From assembly GCA_038320555.1 (NCBI GenBank), contig JBBQEJ010000003.1:10587-74586 (forward strand): a stretch of 64,000 nt of DNA, given 5' to 3'. A model generated the notes under the pieces. That model was not told the DNA's origin. It saw nothing but the letters and a program-made list of their open reading frames with translations, and searched no databases. Origin of the DNA: Vicinamibacterales bacterium (GTDB taxonomy: Bacteria > Acidobacteriota > Vicinamibacteria > Vicinamibacterales > 2-12-FULL-66-21). Made by a program: the position numbers and the translations under genes. Positions 1 through 8,792 of the stretch are shown piece by piece (position 1 is the first letter of the stretch; each line of letters opens with the position of its first letter).

Positions 1-250
1 CCTCGTCGAGCGACACGTCCGGGTGGTAGCGAATGCCGCCTTTGGCCGGACCAAGCGTAATGTTGTATTGGACGCGATACCCGGTGAAGACTTCAATCTC
101 GCCGTTGTCCATCTGGATGGGACACGACACCGTGATCTGCCGCTTGGGATGCGTGAGGATTTTCCAGATCCCGCGATCGAGGCCCAACAGCCGCGCCGCT
201 CCATCGAATTCCTGGAGCATCGCGTTGAAGATGCTGCCACCTGCTTCCAT
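1..250 (-). CDS. Glu/Leu/Phe/Val dehydrogenase (glutamate dehydrogenase family), 5' part; runs off the window start
   Basis: Manual translation from ATG at 250: [99 protein letters not shown] is the GDH motif; GAGGAG RBS at 255-260. Not in the ORF track because it is truncated. Confidence 0.93.
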   Translation of the reverse strand, partial: MEAGGSIFNAMLQEFDGAARLLGLDRGIWKILTHPKRQITVSCPIQMDNGEIEVFTGYRVQYNITLGPAKGGIRYHPDVSLDE

Positions 251-500
251 GTGACTCCTCAATAGTGGCGAAGGCCACGCCGGTGGCCGTCGGCGTAAAG
301 CAAACAGACCAACCTACTGTGCCCTCCGTAACCAAGTCAAGGCGCGGCTGGAACTGACCATATTGTCATGTAAAGTCATATTTTGGACCATCAAGATTGT
401 GTTCCGATGAGCCAAAACTGAACAGCTGTGACAAACCCCGCACAGCGGCGCGCATCCGCTAACTATAAGCTTTCCAAGGGTTTCGACGCTATGGCTGGGG

Positions 501-516
501 TGGCCTTCCGCTTGCT
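501..516 (+). promoter_or_regulatory. Putative sigma-54 (-24/-12) promoter of the collagen-like gene
   Basis: TGGCCTTCCGCTTGCT has GG-N10-GC spacing and matches TGGCAC-N5-TTGCW; it lies about 30 nt upstream of ATG 545. Confidence 0.55.
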
Positions 517-544
517 CGATTCTAAGGCATGCCGGGGAGGCTTT

Positions 545-1649
545 ATGCGCTTATTAAACCGAACCGCGTTCACGGCGGTCGTGTTCGTGCTGATGGGAAC
601 TGCGCTGGCGCAGGCCCAGAGGAAAGAGTCGGACACGCTCACCATTTCGAACTCACAACAGCAGGTCGTCGTGCTCAACACCGTGGTTGACCGCGTCAAC
701 CAGACGCTGACGATACGCGGGCTGTCCTTTGGATCGCCGGCGCCGCAGGTTTGGTGTGAGACCTATCTGATGTCCGTGATCAGTGCAACCGACACCGAGC
801 TCGTCGTGTTTCTGCCGGCGGCAGTTCCCGACGGGACGCACCTGGCTCTCGGTTGTTCGTGGGCCATCGGAAAAGGATCGCGGGTTCTTCAACATGAACG
901 TGGGAACGCCCGGGCGGGGTCCAGCGGGTCCAGCGGGTCCTGCGGGTCCGAAAGGTGATACGGGCGCGGTCGGACCGAAGGGCGACAGCGGCGCTGCCGG
1001 TCCTAAGGGTGACATGGGGGCCATCGGCCCGAAGGGTGACATGGGCGCTGTCGGTCCGAAGGGGGACACGGGCGCGGCCGGACCGAAGGGTGACACCGGC
1101 GCGGCCGGACCGAAGGGCGACACCGGCGTTGCGGGTCCTGTCGGACCGCAAGGTGAAGTGGGACCTGCGGGCCCCGTGGGTCCCACCGGCGCGGCTGGAC
1201 CGCAAGGTGAGGTCGGTTCCGCGGGAGCGACCGGTGCCGTCGGTCCGAAAGGCGATACGGGCGCGACGGGCGCGACCGGCGCGACGGGCCCCAAGGGCGA
1301 TACGGGGGCGACCGGTCCGCAGGGTCCTATGGGTCAGCAAGGACTCATGGGTCCACTCGGACCACAGGGCCTGCCGGGCGTCAGCGGCTATTTCATCGCC
1401 AGCAGCCCGTCGACGACGGTTGCGGTCCCTGGCAACTCGACGACGTCGCTGACTGCCAAGTGTCCCGCTGGTAAGAACGTCATCGGGGGTGGCTACGACT
1501 CGACCCAAGGCGCGGGGACATATGCGCTCCATCCGGTTTCGATGTACCCATCCGCAGCTGACACGTGGAGCGTGACGCTTCGTGTGAGCGGGATTAATAA
1601 CGCAGTGACGATCACGTTCCGCGTCTACGCGATCTGCGCTGCGAGCTAG
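545..1649 (+). pseudogene. Secreted collagen-like (Gly-X-Y) surface protein with an N-terminal IPT/TIG-like domain, split by a +1 frameshift near 844-845
   Basis: GGGGAGG RBS, then ATG 545 and a signal peptide (MRLLNRTAF...ALAQA). The first frame continues to ..PDGTHL; removing one G from CTGG gives HLLSVVRGPSEKDRG, which joins the GXY-repeat frame (GPKGDTGA) and a C-terminal CPAGKNVIGGGY..VYAICAA domain. Confidence 0.8.
918..1380 (+). repeat. Coding 27-nt / 9-nt tandem repeats encoding the collagen triple helix
   Basis: Repeated GG(A/T)CCGAAGGG(C/T)GACAC.GGCGC units encoding GPKGDTGAx. Confidence 0.9.
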
Positions 1650-1662
1650 ACGAGTTACCAAG

Positions 1663-1712
1663 GGGGTCTTGACCCTTGATTCGAGTCGTTACTCGAATCG
1701 GGGTCTGACCCC
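1663..1712. terminator. Hairpin built from GGGGTC-TGACCCC palindromes, downstream of the collagen gene
   Basis: Core GATTCGAGT-CGTT-ACTCGAATC flanked by GGGGTCTTGACCCT and GGGGTCTGACCCC. Confidence 0.55.
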
Positions 1713-1718
1713 GCACTA

Positions 1719-1802
1719 CAGCTTCCAGCTTCCTTTCCAGTTTCCAGTTTCCAGCTTCCAGCTCCCAGCTTTCCGGCTTTCAGTTTCCAGTTTCAGTTTC
1801 CC
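1719..1802. repeat. Intergenic degenerate heptamer tandem array (YTTCCAG)n
   Basis: cttccag/tttccag/ctcccag units, about 10 copies. Confidence 0.85.
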
Positions 1803-1855
1803 GTTCGACCCCGAGCCCTGTACCCTTCCCGTATCCGCTTATAATGCAAGGACGC

Positions 1856-3523
1856 ATGAAAAGCGCGACGGCGGAAACGGACAAGCAGCGCTGGGAACGC
1901 GAGGTGCTCGAGCCAGCGCTCGAGAAGGCGCCCGAGCGCGCCGTGCCGTTCACGACCATTTCGGGCCGTCCGATCGGTCGCCTCTACACGCCCGACGATC
2001 TCTCCGGCTTTGATTACACCCGCGATCTGAACAACCCCGGAGAGTTTCCGTACGCGCGCGGCATTCATCCGTCTGGCTATTGCGCCAGGCTCTGGACGAT
2101 GCGGCAGTTTGCGGGGTTCGGAACGCCTGAGGAAACCAACGAGCGATATAAGACGCTGCTCGCAGCCGGCGGAACGGGCCTGAGCGTGGCATTCGACCTG
2201 CCGACGCTCATGGGACGCGATCCCGACCACGAGTTGTCGCTCGGGGAAGTGGGCAAGTGCGGCGTCAGCGTGGTGTCGCTGGCGGACATGGAGCGGCTTT
2301 TCGACGGCATTTCGCTCGGCGACATCACCTCGTCGATGACGATCAACTCGCCGGCGCCCATGATCTTCGCGATGTACCTCGTCGTGGCGGAGCGGCAGGG
2401 CGCTGACTGGCGCACGCTGTCGGGGACGATCCAGAACGACATTCTGAAGGAATTCATCGCGCAGAAGGAGTACATCTATCCGCCGCGCGAGTCGATGCGG
2501 CTCATTACCGACGTCTTCGCGTTCTGCGCGGAGGAGGTGCCGCGCTGGAACACGGTGTCGGTGAGCGGGTATCACATCCGCGAAGCGGGCTCGACCGCGC
2601 TCCAGGAACTGGCGTTCACCCTGCGTGACGGCATCGAGTACATCCAGTACGGAATCGACGCGGGCCTCGACGTGGACGACTTCGCGCCGCGGATCTCCTT
2701 CTTCTTCAATTCGCACAGCGACTTCTTCGAGGAGATTGCGAAATTTCGCGCCGCCCGCAAGATCTGGGCGGACGTCATGCGCGGTCGGTTCGGCGCCAAG
2801 GACGAGCGGTCGTGGAAGCTGCGGTTCCACACGCAGACGGCAGGGGTTTCGCTGACGGCGCAGCAGCCGTACAACAACGTCGTACGCACCGCCGTGCAGG
2901 CGCTTGCGGCCGTGCTGGGCGGCACCAACTCGCTCCACACCAATTCGCTCGACGAGGCGCTTGCGCTCCCGACGGCCGCGGCGGCGACCCTCGCGTTGCG
3001 GACGCAGCAGATCATCGCCCACGAGAGCGGCGTCACCAACATGGTCGATCCGCTTGGCGGGTCCTGGTTTCTCGAGCGGCTCACGCTCGACATGGAGCGC
3101 GGCGCGAAGGAATATTTCGCGACGATCGATCGCATGGGCGGCATGGTCGAAGCGATCGAACAGGGCTTCCCGCAGCGCGAGATTTCCGAGGCCTCCTACA
3201 AGTTCCAGCAGGCCGTCGAGCGGCGCGACAAGGTCATCGTCGGCGTCAACGATTACGTGCAGAACGACGAGCCGCCGTTCCCGATCCTGTACATCGACGA
3301 CAGCGCCGCCGACACGCAGCTCTCGCGGCTGAGAGACCTGAAGCGCACGCGCGACAACGACGCCGTTCGCAAGTCGCTCGATGCCCTGCGGACCGCCGCG
3401 CGCGGGCGCGCCAACACGATGTATCCACTGCTCGACTGCGTGCGTGCGTATGCCACGGTCGGCGAGATGTGTGATGCGTTGCGGGAGGTGTGGGGGGAGT
3501 ACGAGGAAGTGCCCTTGATCTAG
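1856..3523 (+). CDS. icmA: B12-dependent acyl-CoA mutase, large (substrate-binding) subunit; methylmalonyl-CoA mutase family with an isobutyryl-CoA mutase-like signature
   Basis: [53 protein letters not shown]; no B12-binding domain. Phe and Gln occupy the positions of MCM Tyr89 and Arg207. Confidence 0.85.
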   Translation: MKSATAETDKQRWEREVLEPALEKAPERAVPFTTISGRPIGRLYTPDDLSGFDYTRDLNNPGEFPYARGIHPSGYCARLWTMRQFAGFGTPEETNERYKTLLAAGGTGLSVAFDLPTLMGRDPDHELSLGEVGKCGVSVVSLADMERLFDGISLGDITSSMTINSPAPMIFAMYLVVAERQGADWRTLSGTIQNDILKEFIAQKEYIYPPRESMRLITDVFAFCAEEVPRWNTVSVSGYHIREAGSTALQELAFTLRDGIEYIQYGIDAGLDVDDFAPRISFFFNSHSDFFEEIAKFRAARKIWADVMRGRFGAKDERSWKLRFHTQTAGVSLTAQQPYNNVVRTAVQALAAVLGGTNSLHTNSLDEALALPTAAAATLALRTQQIIAHESGVTNMVDPLGGSWFLERLTLDMERGAKEYFATIDRMGGMVEAIEQGFPQREISEASYKFQQAVERRDKVIVGVNDYVQNDEPPFPILYIDDSAADTQLSRLRDLKRTRDNDAVRKSLDALRTAARGRANTMYPLLDCVRAYATVGEMCDALREVWGEYEEVPLI

Positions 3524-3526
3524 GCT

Positions 3527-3642
3527 GAGTGCCAGGGGTGCCCGGAGTGCCACGGGTGCCAGGAGTGCGGGTGGCACCCTGAGCACTCGCAGCACCCAGG
3601 CACCCGAGGCGCTCATGGCACTCATGGCACTCATGGCACCCT
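3527..3642. repeat. Nonamer tandem array (GTGCCnnGG) followed by an inverted array (GGCACynnn)
   Basis: gtgccagggg tgcccggagt gccacgggtg ccagg ... ggcactcat ggcactcat ggcaccc; same unit as 31775-31908. Confidence 0.85.
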
Positions 3643-3650
3643 AGTTCTAT

Positions 3651-4058
3651 ATGCGCAAGATTCGCGTCGTCATTGCCAAGCCCGGGCTCGACGGCCACGA
3701 TCGTGGCGCGAAGGTGATCGCGCGTGCGTTGCGTGACGCGGGCATGGAAGTGATTTACACGGGGCTGCGTCAGACACCCGAACAGATCGTGGCGGCGGCG
3801 CTGCAGGAGGATGCCGATGCCATCGGGCTCTCGATCCTCTCGGGTGCGCACATGCACATCTGCCCGCGGGTCATGGCGTTGCTCAAGGAAAAAGAATTGG
3901 ACGATGTGCTCGTCGTCGTCGGCGGGATTATCCCGGACGTGGACATCCCGAAGTTGCGCGACGCGGGAATCAAGGGGATCTTTCTTCCGGGGAGCCCGAT
4001 GCAGGACATCATCACCTTCATTTCGGAACACGTGAGGCCGCGGGTGGAGCAGGTCTGA
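3651..4058 (+). CDS. icmB: Acyl-CoA mutase small, cobalamin-binding subunit
   Basis: [10 protein letters not shown] (DxHxxG), [16 protein letters not shown]. Confidence 0.88.
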   Translation: MRKIRVVIAKPGLDGHDRGAKVIARALRDAGMEVIYTGLRQTPEQIVAAALQEDADAIGLSILSGAHMHICPRVMALLKEKELDDVLVVVGGIIPDVDIPKLRDAGIKGIFLPGSPMQDIITFISEHVRPRVEQV

Positions 4059-5179
4059 TGCCGCACAAGTTGCTCCTCGCCGACGACAGCGTCACGATCC
4101 AGCGCGTGATCGAGCTCACGTTTGCCGACGAGGACGTGCAGGTCGTGGCCGTCGGGGACGGGAAGAAGGCGATTGCGAGCATCGAGGCGGATCGCCCCGA
4201 CATCGTGCTGGCCGACGTCGGGATGCCTGAACGCGACGGCTACGAGGTCGCGGCTTTCATCAAGGGCAACCCCCGGTTTGCCGACATCCCAGTGCTGCTG
4301 CTGACCGGCGCGTTCGAGCCGATCGACGAGACGCGTGCCCGGGCCGTCGGGTGCGACGGCGTGCTCGTCAAGCCCTTCGAGCCGCAGATGGTCATCAACC
4401 GCGTGAAAGATCTATTGGCCGGCCGTCACCCGGCCGGCTTATGGTCGGCAAGTCCCGCGGCGCAGGGGCCGACCCGGCAACCCCCACCGCCGGAGAAGTT
4501 CAATGTTCGGGCTATCGCGTCGCAGGCTGCCGCGCCTCAGGCCGCCGGGTCGCTGGAGGACTATTTCGACCGGCTCGACGCGGCCTTTGCCAATCTTGAC
4601 GGCGCGCCGGAGGTCCATGTCGCTCCGGCTGCGCCGGCGACACCACCTCGGGGCGGTCGCTCAGTTGATTTTGAGTCGGAACACGCTCCGCCCGCGTCCT
4701 CCGGACTCCCAGTGGATATCCTCGACGGGTGGGATCCCGAGTTGACCGGTGATCCGAAGAGGGTCGTACCGATAGGTGCGCGAAGTGCGCCGCCACCGCC
4801 GTCAACGTTTGCACCTGCCGCGCATCCGGCCGCCGTCGCGCAGGATCCGCCTGCGCCGCCGGTTACCGTGCCGTCGCCGGCGCATGTCCCCACGCCCGCT
4901 CAGTCCCCGACGTCAACACCGTCTGCGCCGGCTGCCGCTGCGCCCGTCCCGCCGATGCCCTCGCTGGCGGAGGCGTTTGCGGCGCTCCTGTCGGCCGAGC
5001 AATCGCATGCGATCGTGCCGTCGGCTCTCGGGGCGTCGAGCATGTCCGACGATGTGGTGGACGAGATCGTCCATCGTGTCATCGCCCGTCTCGGCGATCA
5101 GGTGGTGCGGGAGACGGTGCTTGACGTGGCCGAACGGCTCGTCCGCGAGGAAATCGAGCGAATCAAGGCGAACGAATGA
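4058..5179 (+). CDS. Response regulator, RomR-like (receiver domain + Pro/Ala-rich linker + acidic helical C-terminus)
   Basis: LLLADDS..LADVGMP..GYEV..KPFE receiver; C-terminus VVRETVLDVAERLVREEIERIK. Confidence 0.85.
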   Translation: MPHKLLLADDSVTIQRVIELTFADEDVQVVAVGDGKKAIASIEADRPDIVLADVGMPERDGYEVAAFIKGNPRFADIPVLLLTGAFEPIDETRARAVGCDGVLVKPFEPQMVINRVKDLLAGRHPAGLWSASPAAQGPTRQPPPPEKFNVRAIASQAAAPQAAGSLEDYFDRLDAAFANLDGAPEVHVAPAAPATPPRGGRSVDFESEHAPPASSGLPVDILDGWDPELTGDPKRVVPIGARSAPPPPSTFAPAAHPAAVAQDPPAPPVTVPSPAHVPTPAQSPTSTPSAPAAAAPVPPMPSLAEAFAALLSAEQSHAIVPSALGASSMSDDVVDEIVHRVIARLGDQVVRETVLDVAERLVREEIERIKANE

Positions 5180-5271
5180 AATTGGTGAGTTCGTGAATTG
5201 GCGAGTTGGCGAATAGGTGAATTCACCAGTCCATGAACTCGCTAATTCATGAATTCACGAACTCACCAATT
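5180..5271. repeat. Octamer tandem/inverted array (GGTGAATT-like) forming a long hairpin
   Basis: Perfect 20-bp inverted repeat AATTGGTGAGTTCGTGAATT (5180-5199) / AATTCACGAACTCACCAATT (5252-5271). Confidence 0.9.
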
Positions 5272-5296
5272 GCCACGTGGGGTACCATCAGCGTTT

Positions 5297-7897
5297 ATGC
5301 CTGCCGGCTTCGAGCTCAATCATCCCGTTCCCGAGAAACCAGCCCTCGAAGGGCTCGAACAGAAATGGATGGCGCGCTGGGAGGCGGACGGCGTTTACCG
5401 GTTCGATCGGAGCCGCCCGCGCGCCGAAGTCTTCTCGATTGACACGCCACCCCCCACCGTAAGCGGCTCGCTGCACGTGGGACATGTCTTCTCCTTCACC
5501 CACACCGACGTCGTCGCGCGGTTCCAGCGGATGCGGGGGAAGGCCGTGTTCTATCCGATGGGATGGGACGATAACGGGCTGCCGACCGAGCGCCGCGTTC
5601 AGAACTACTTCGGAGTCCGGTGCGATCCGACGCTGCCGTACGACCCGTTGTTTGCCGTTCCTGAGAAGCCGGGGAAGCACCCGATCCCTGTGTCGCGACC
5701 GAACTTCATCGAGCTGTGCGCAAGGCTCACCGCTGAGGACGAGAAAGTCTTCGAGGGCCTGTGGAGATGTCTCGGGCTGTCGGTTGACTGGGCGATGACG
5801 TACGCGACGATCGATCGGCGCGCCCAGCGCGTGTCGCAGCTGTCGTTCCTTCGACTGCTGCGCCGCAATCTCGCCTATCAGCTCGAGGCGCCGACCCTGT
5901 GGGATATTGACTTCCGCACGGCGGTTGCGCAGGCGGAGCTCGAAGACCGCGAGCAGCCGGGCGCCTACCATCGCATCCGGTTCAAATCCGCCGGCCGCGA
6001 CGGCTTCGTCGAAATCGATACGACGCGGCCCGAGTTGATTCCGGCATGCGTGGCGCTCGTGGCGCATCCCGACGACGAACGCTACAAGCCGCTTTTCGGG
6101 ACCGACGTGCTGACACCGCTCTTTGGCGTTCGCGTGCCGGTGAGGGCGCACGCGCTGGCGGATCCGGAGAAGGGCACCGGCGTCGCGATGATCTGCACCT
6201 TTGGCGACCTGACCGATGTGATCTGGTGGCGGGAGCTCGGACTACCGGTCCGCGCCGTGATCCAGACGAACGGAGCCCTCAAGCCGGTCACGTGGGGCGA
6301 GCGGGGGTGGGAATCTACCGACGCGGCGCGCGCGCAGGAACATTACGACCACCTTGCCGGGTTGTCCGCCGTCAAGGCCCGCGCCCGTATCGTCGACGAG
6401 TTGAAAGGGTCGGCTGATCTGATCGGTGAGCCGCGGCCGATCACGCATGCGGTAAAGTTCTACGAAAAGGGAGATCGTCCGCTCGAGATCGTGACGAGCC
6501 GCCAGTGGTTCGTGAAGACGATGCAGTTTCGCGAGGAGCTGCTGGCGCGCGGACGCGAGCTTCAGTGGCATCCGCAATACATGCGGGCGCGTTACGAGAA
6601 CTGGATCAACGGCCTCGCGGGGGATTGGTGCGTCAGCCGGCAGCGGTTCTTCGGGGTGCCGTTTCCGTTGTGGTACAAAGTGCGCGGCGACGGCTCGATT
6701 GACTTCGATGCGCGGCTCGTGCCGGCCGACGATCGGCTGCCCATTGATCCGTCCACGGACGTGCCGGAGGGCTATGTCGCGGGTCAGCGGAATCAGCCCG
6801 GAGGATTCGCGGGGGATCCGGACATCATGGACACGTGGGCGACCTCGTCGCTGACACCTCAGATCGCCTCGAGATGGGAAGAGGATCCCGATCTGTTCGC
6901 GCGTGTGTTCCCGATGGACGTGCGTCCCCAGGCCCACGACATCATTCGCACATGGCTGTTCGACACGGTGCTGCGCTCGCATTTCGAGTTCAACTCGCTG
7001 CCCTGGAAGCATGCGGCGATTTCCGGCTGGGTGCTCGATCCCGATCGGAAGAAGATGTCGAAATCGAAGGGCAATGTGGTGACCCCGATGGGCCTGCTCG
7101 AGGAGCACGGCTCGGACGGCGTCAGGTACTGGGCGGCGAGCGGCCGGCCCGGGACCGACACGGCCTTCGACACGGGGCAGATGAAGGTCGGACGCCGGCT
7201 CGCGATCAAGTTGCTCAACGCGTCGCGGTTCGTCCTGGCGAAACCCGAGCCGCACGGGCCGGTGACGGCTGCGGTGGATCGCGGCCTGCTCACGACGCTC
7301 GCGCGAATCGTGGACGAGTCGACCGTCGACTTCGAGGAGTTCAACTACACTCGCGTCCTGGAACGTGCGGAAACGTTCTTCTGGTCGTTCTGCGACGACT
7401 ATCTGGAGCTCGTCAAAGGACGCCGGTATGGCGATCAGGGAACGGCGCTCGCCGCGTCCGCGAACGGTGCCCTCCTGACGGCGCTCTCGACGATGCTTCG
7501 CTTGTTTGCACCGTTTCTTCCGTTCGTGACCGAAGAGGTCTGGTCGTGGTGGCGCGAGGGATCGATCCACCGATCGGCATGGCCCACGAGGGATGAAGTG
7601 CTGGAGCCATCCGGAGGGGCAGAGGACAACAACGGTGTGGACTCGCTGCAGTTTGCCGCGACCGTTCTCGGCGCGATCCGCAAGAAGAAGTCGGAAGAGC
7701 AGCGTCCGCTCAAGACGTTTGTCACCAAGGCGGTCATCCACGCGCCGGCCGCGCAGTTGGCCTTGCTGCCGGAGGTGGAGAGCGACCTGCGCGCATCCGG
7801 GCTGATCCGGCAGCTCGAGACGGCCGCGGCCGACACCCTGCACGTCGAGGTGGAACTGGCGCCGCCTGAGCTGTCCAGAGAGGAGCGCCCGTCATGA
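5297..7897 (+). CDS. valS: Valine--tRNA ligase
   Basis: IDTPPPTVSGSLHVGH, DWCVSRQRFFG, KMSKSKGN; start moved to ATG 5297 because the upstream ATG lies inside the repeat array. Confidence 0.96.
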   Translation: MPAGFELNHPVPEKPALEGLEQKWMARWEADGVYRFDRSRPRAEVFSIDTPPPTVSGSLHVGHVFSFTHTDVVARFQRMRGKAVFYPMGWDDNGLPTERRVQNYFGVRCDPTLPYDPLFAVPEKPGKHPIPVSRPNFIELCARLTAEDEKVFEGLWRCLGLSVDWAMTYATIDRRAQRVSQLSFLRLLRRNLAYQLEAPTLWDIDFRTAVAQAELEDREQPGAYHRIRFKSAGRDGFVEIDTTRPELIPACVALVAHPDDERYKPLFGTDVLTPLFGVRVPVRAHALADPEKGTGVAMICTFGDLTDVIWWRELGLPVRAVIQTNGALKPVTWGERGWESTDAARAQEHYDHLAGLSAVKARARIVDELKGSADLIGEPRPITHAVKFYEKGDRPLEIVTSRQWFVKTMQFREELLARGRELQWHPQYMRARYENWINGLAGDWCVSRQRFFGVPFPLWYKVRGDGSIDFDARLVPADDRLPIDPSTDVPEGYVAGQRNQPGGFAGDPDIMDTWATSSLTPQIASRWEEDPDLFARVFPMDVRPQAHDIIRTWLFDTVLRSHFEFNSLPWKHAAISGWVLDPDRKKMSKSKGNVVTPMGLLEEHGSDGVRYWAASGRPGTDTAFDTGQMKVGRRLAIKLLNASRFVLAKPEPHGPVTAAVDRGLLTTLARIVDESTVDFEEFNYTRVLERAETFFWSFCDDYLELVKGRRYGDQGTALAASANGALLTALSTMLRLFAPFLPFVTEEVWSWWREGSIHRSAWPTRDEVLEPSGGAEDNNGVDSLQFAATVLGAIRKKKSEEQRPLKTFVTKAVIHAPAAQLALLPEVESDLRASGLIRQLETAAADTLHVEVELAPPELSREERPS

Positions 7898-8787
7898 GGT
7901 CGGTTCCATTCGCGCCCCTCGATCCCGCGCTGTACCGGGAGACCGTCCGGCGCGCGCTTGCCGAAGATCTTGGCTGGGGCGACGTGACGACTGAGGCGAC
8001 GGTTGACGCGTTTCTTCACGCGCGGGGAATCATTCTTGCCAAGTCCGATTGTGTGATCGCCGGACTTGACGTGGCGGCGGAGACGTTCCGGCAGCTCGAT
8101 CCCGGGGCGATCTTCACCTCAAAAGTCGTGGACGGCGATCGATGCACGCCCGGCGCCGTGGTGGCAGAGGTTCGCGGCTCCGCGGCCGCGATGCTGACGG
8201 CGGAGCGCACCGCGCTCAATTTCCTGCAGAGGCTCTCCGGTATTGCGTCGATGACCCGGCGCTACGTCGACGCGGCCGGCGGGACGATTACGGTCCTGGA
8301 CACGCGGAAGACGACACCCACGCTGCGCGTACTTGAAAAATACGCGGTGCGCGCCGGCGGCGGGACGAACCATCGCGCCGGCCTGGACGATGGGATCCTG
8401 ATCAAGGACAACCACATTCGCCTCGGCGGCGGGGTCGCGGAGGTGGTGCGCAAGATGAAGGCCGCGCGCCAGGAAATGCCAATCGAGATCGAGGCGCAGA
8501 GCCTCCAACAGGTTGACGAGGCGGTGGCCGCGGGGGCCGACCTCATCCTGGTGGATAATCTTCCGATCGAGGACGTTCGCGAGGCCGTGCGCCGCATCGC
8601 CGGCCGGGCGAAGGTCGAGGTGTCGGGCGGGGTCACACTCGATCGCATTCCGGAGCTGTCGCGCACCGGCGCCCACTACGTCTCCATCGGCGCGCTGACA
8701 CACTCCGCCCCAGCCGTGGACCTCAGCTTCGAGCTCGAACGGGACGACCGGGTTGCGCCGGGTTCGCCCGCCGAAGCTACGGCGTAG
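7894..8787 (+). CDS. nadC: Nicotinate-nucleotide pyrophosphorylase (carboxylating)
   Basis: EDLGWGDVTT, ERTALNFLQRLSGIA, DTRKTTP, HRAGLDDGILIKDNH. Confidence 0.96.
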   Translation: MRSVPFAPLDPALYRETVRRALAEDLGWGDVTTEATVDAFLHARGIILAKSDCVIAGLDVAAETFRQLDPGAIFTSKVVDGDRCTPGAVVAEVRGSAAAMLTAERTALNFLQRLSGIASMTRRYVDAAGGTITVLDTRKTTPTLRVLEKYAVRAGGGTNHRAGLDDGILIKDNHIRLGGGVAEVVRKMKAARQEMPIEIEAQSLQQVDEAVAAGADLILVDNLPIEDVREAVRRIAGRAKVEVSGGVTLDRIPELSRTGAHYVSIGALTHSAPAVDLSFELERDDRVAPGSPAEATA

Positions 8788-8791
8788 GCGG
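8768..8791. repeat. Short palindromic repeat (CCGCCGAAGCTACGGCGTAGGCGG) overlapping the nadC stop codon
   Basis: Imperfect palindrome; a related degenerate CCGCCTTCGC...AGCTACGGCG copy is at about 54597-54632. Confidence 0.45.
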
Positions 8792-8792
8792 C

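Noticed and set aside
918-1380. Regular 27-nt repeats as a possible CRISPR array
   Set aside because: No unique spacers; the repeats are in-frame Gly-X-Y codons; no cas genes.
1650-1855. Cobalamin riboswitch upstream of the B12-dependent mutase
   Set aside because: No B12-box or conserved core visible; the gap is filled by a hairpin and a heptamer array.
1669-2013. 114-aa ORF with [15 protein letters not shown]
   Set aside because: Translation of the heptamer array; it overlaps the mutase out of frame.
1793-3634. 613-aa antisense ORF over the mutase, and similar long antisense ORFs over valS, the TPR gene, PBP1A, clpC, bamA and mtnP
   Set aside because: High-GC codon bias suppresses stops on the opposite strand; no motifs; each fully overlaps a well-supported gene.
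3527-3642. Nonamer arrays (also 31775-31908) as CRISPR or iterons
   Set aside because: Units are 9 nt, contiguous and inverted, with no spacers and no rep gene.
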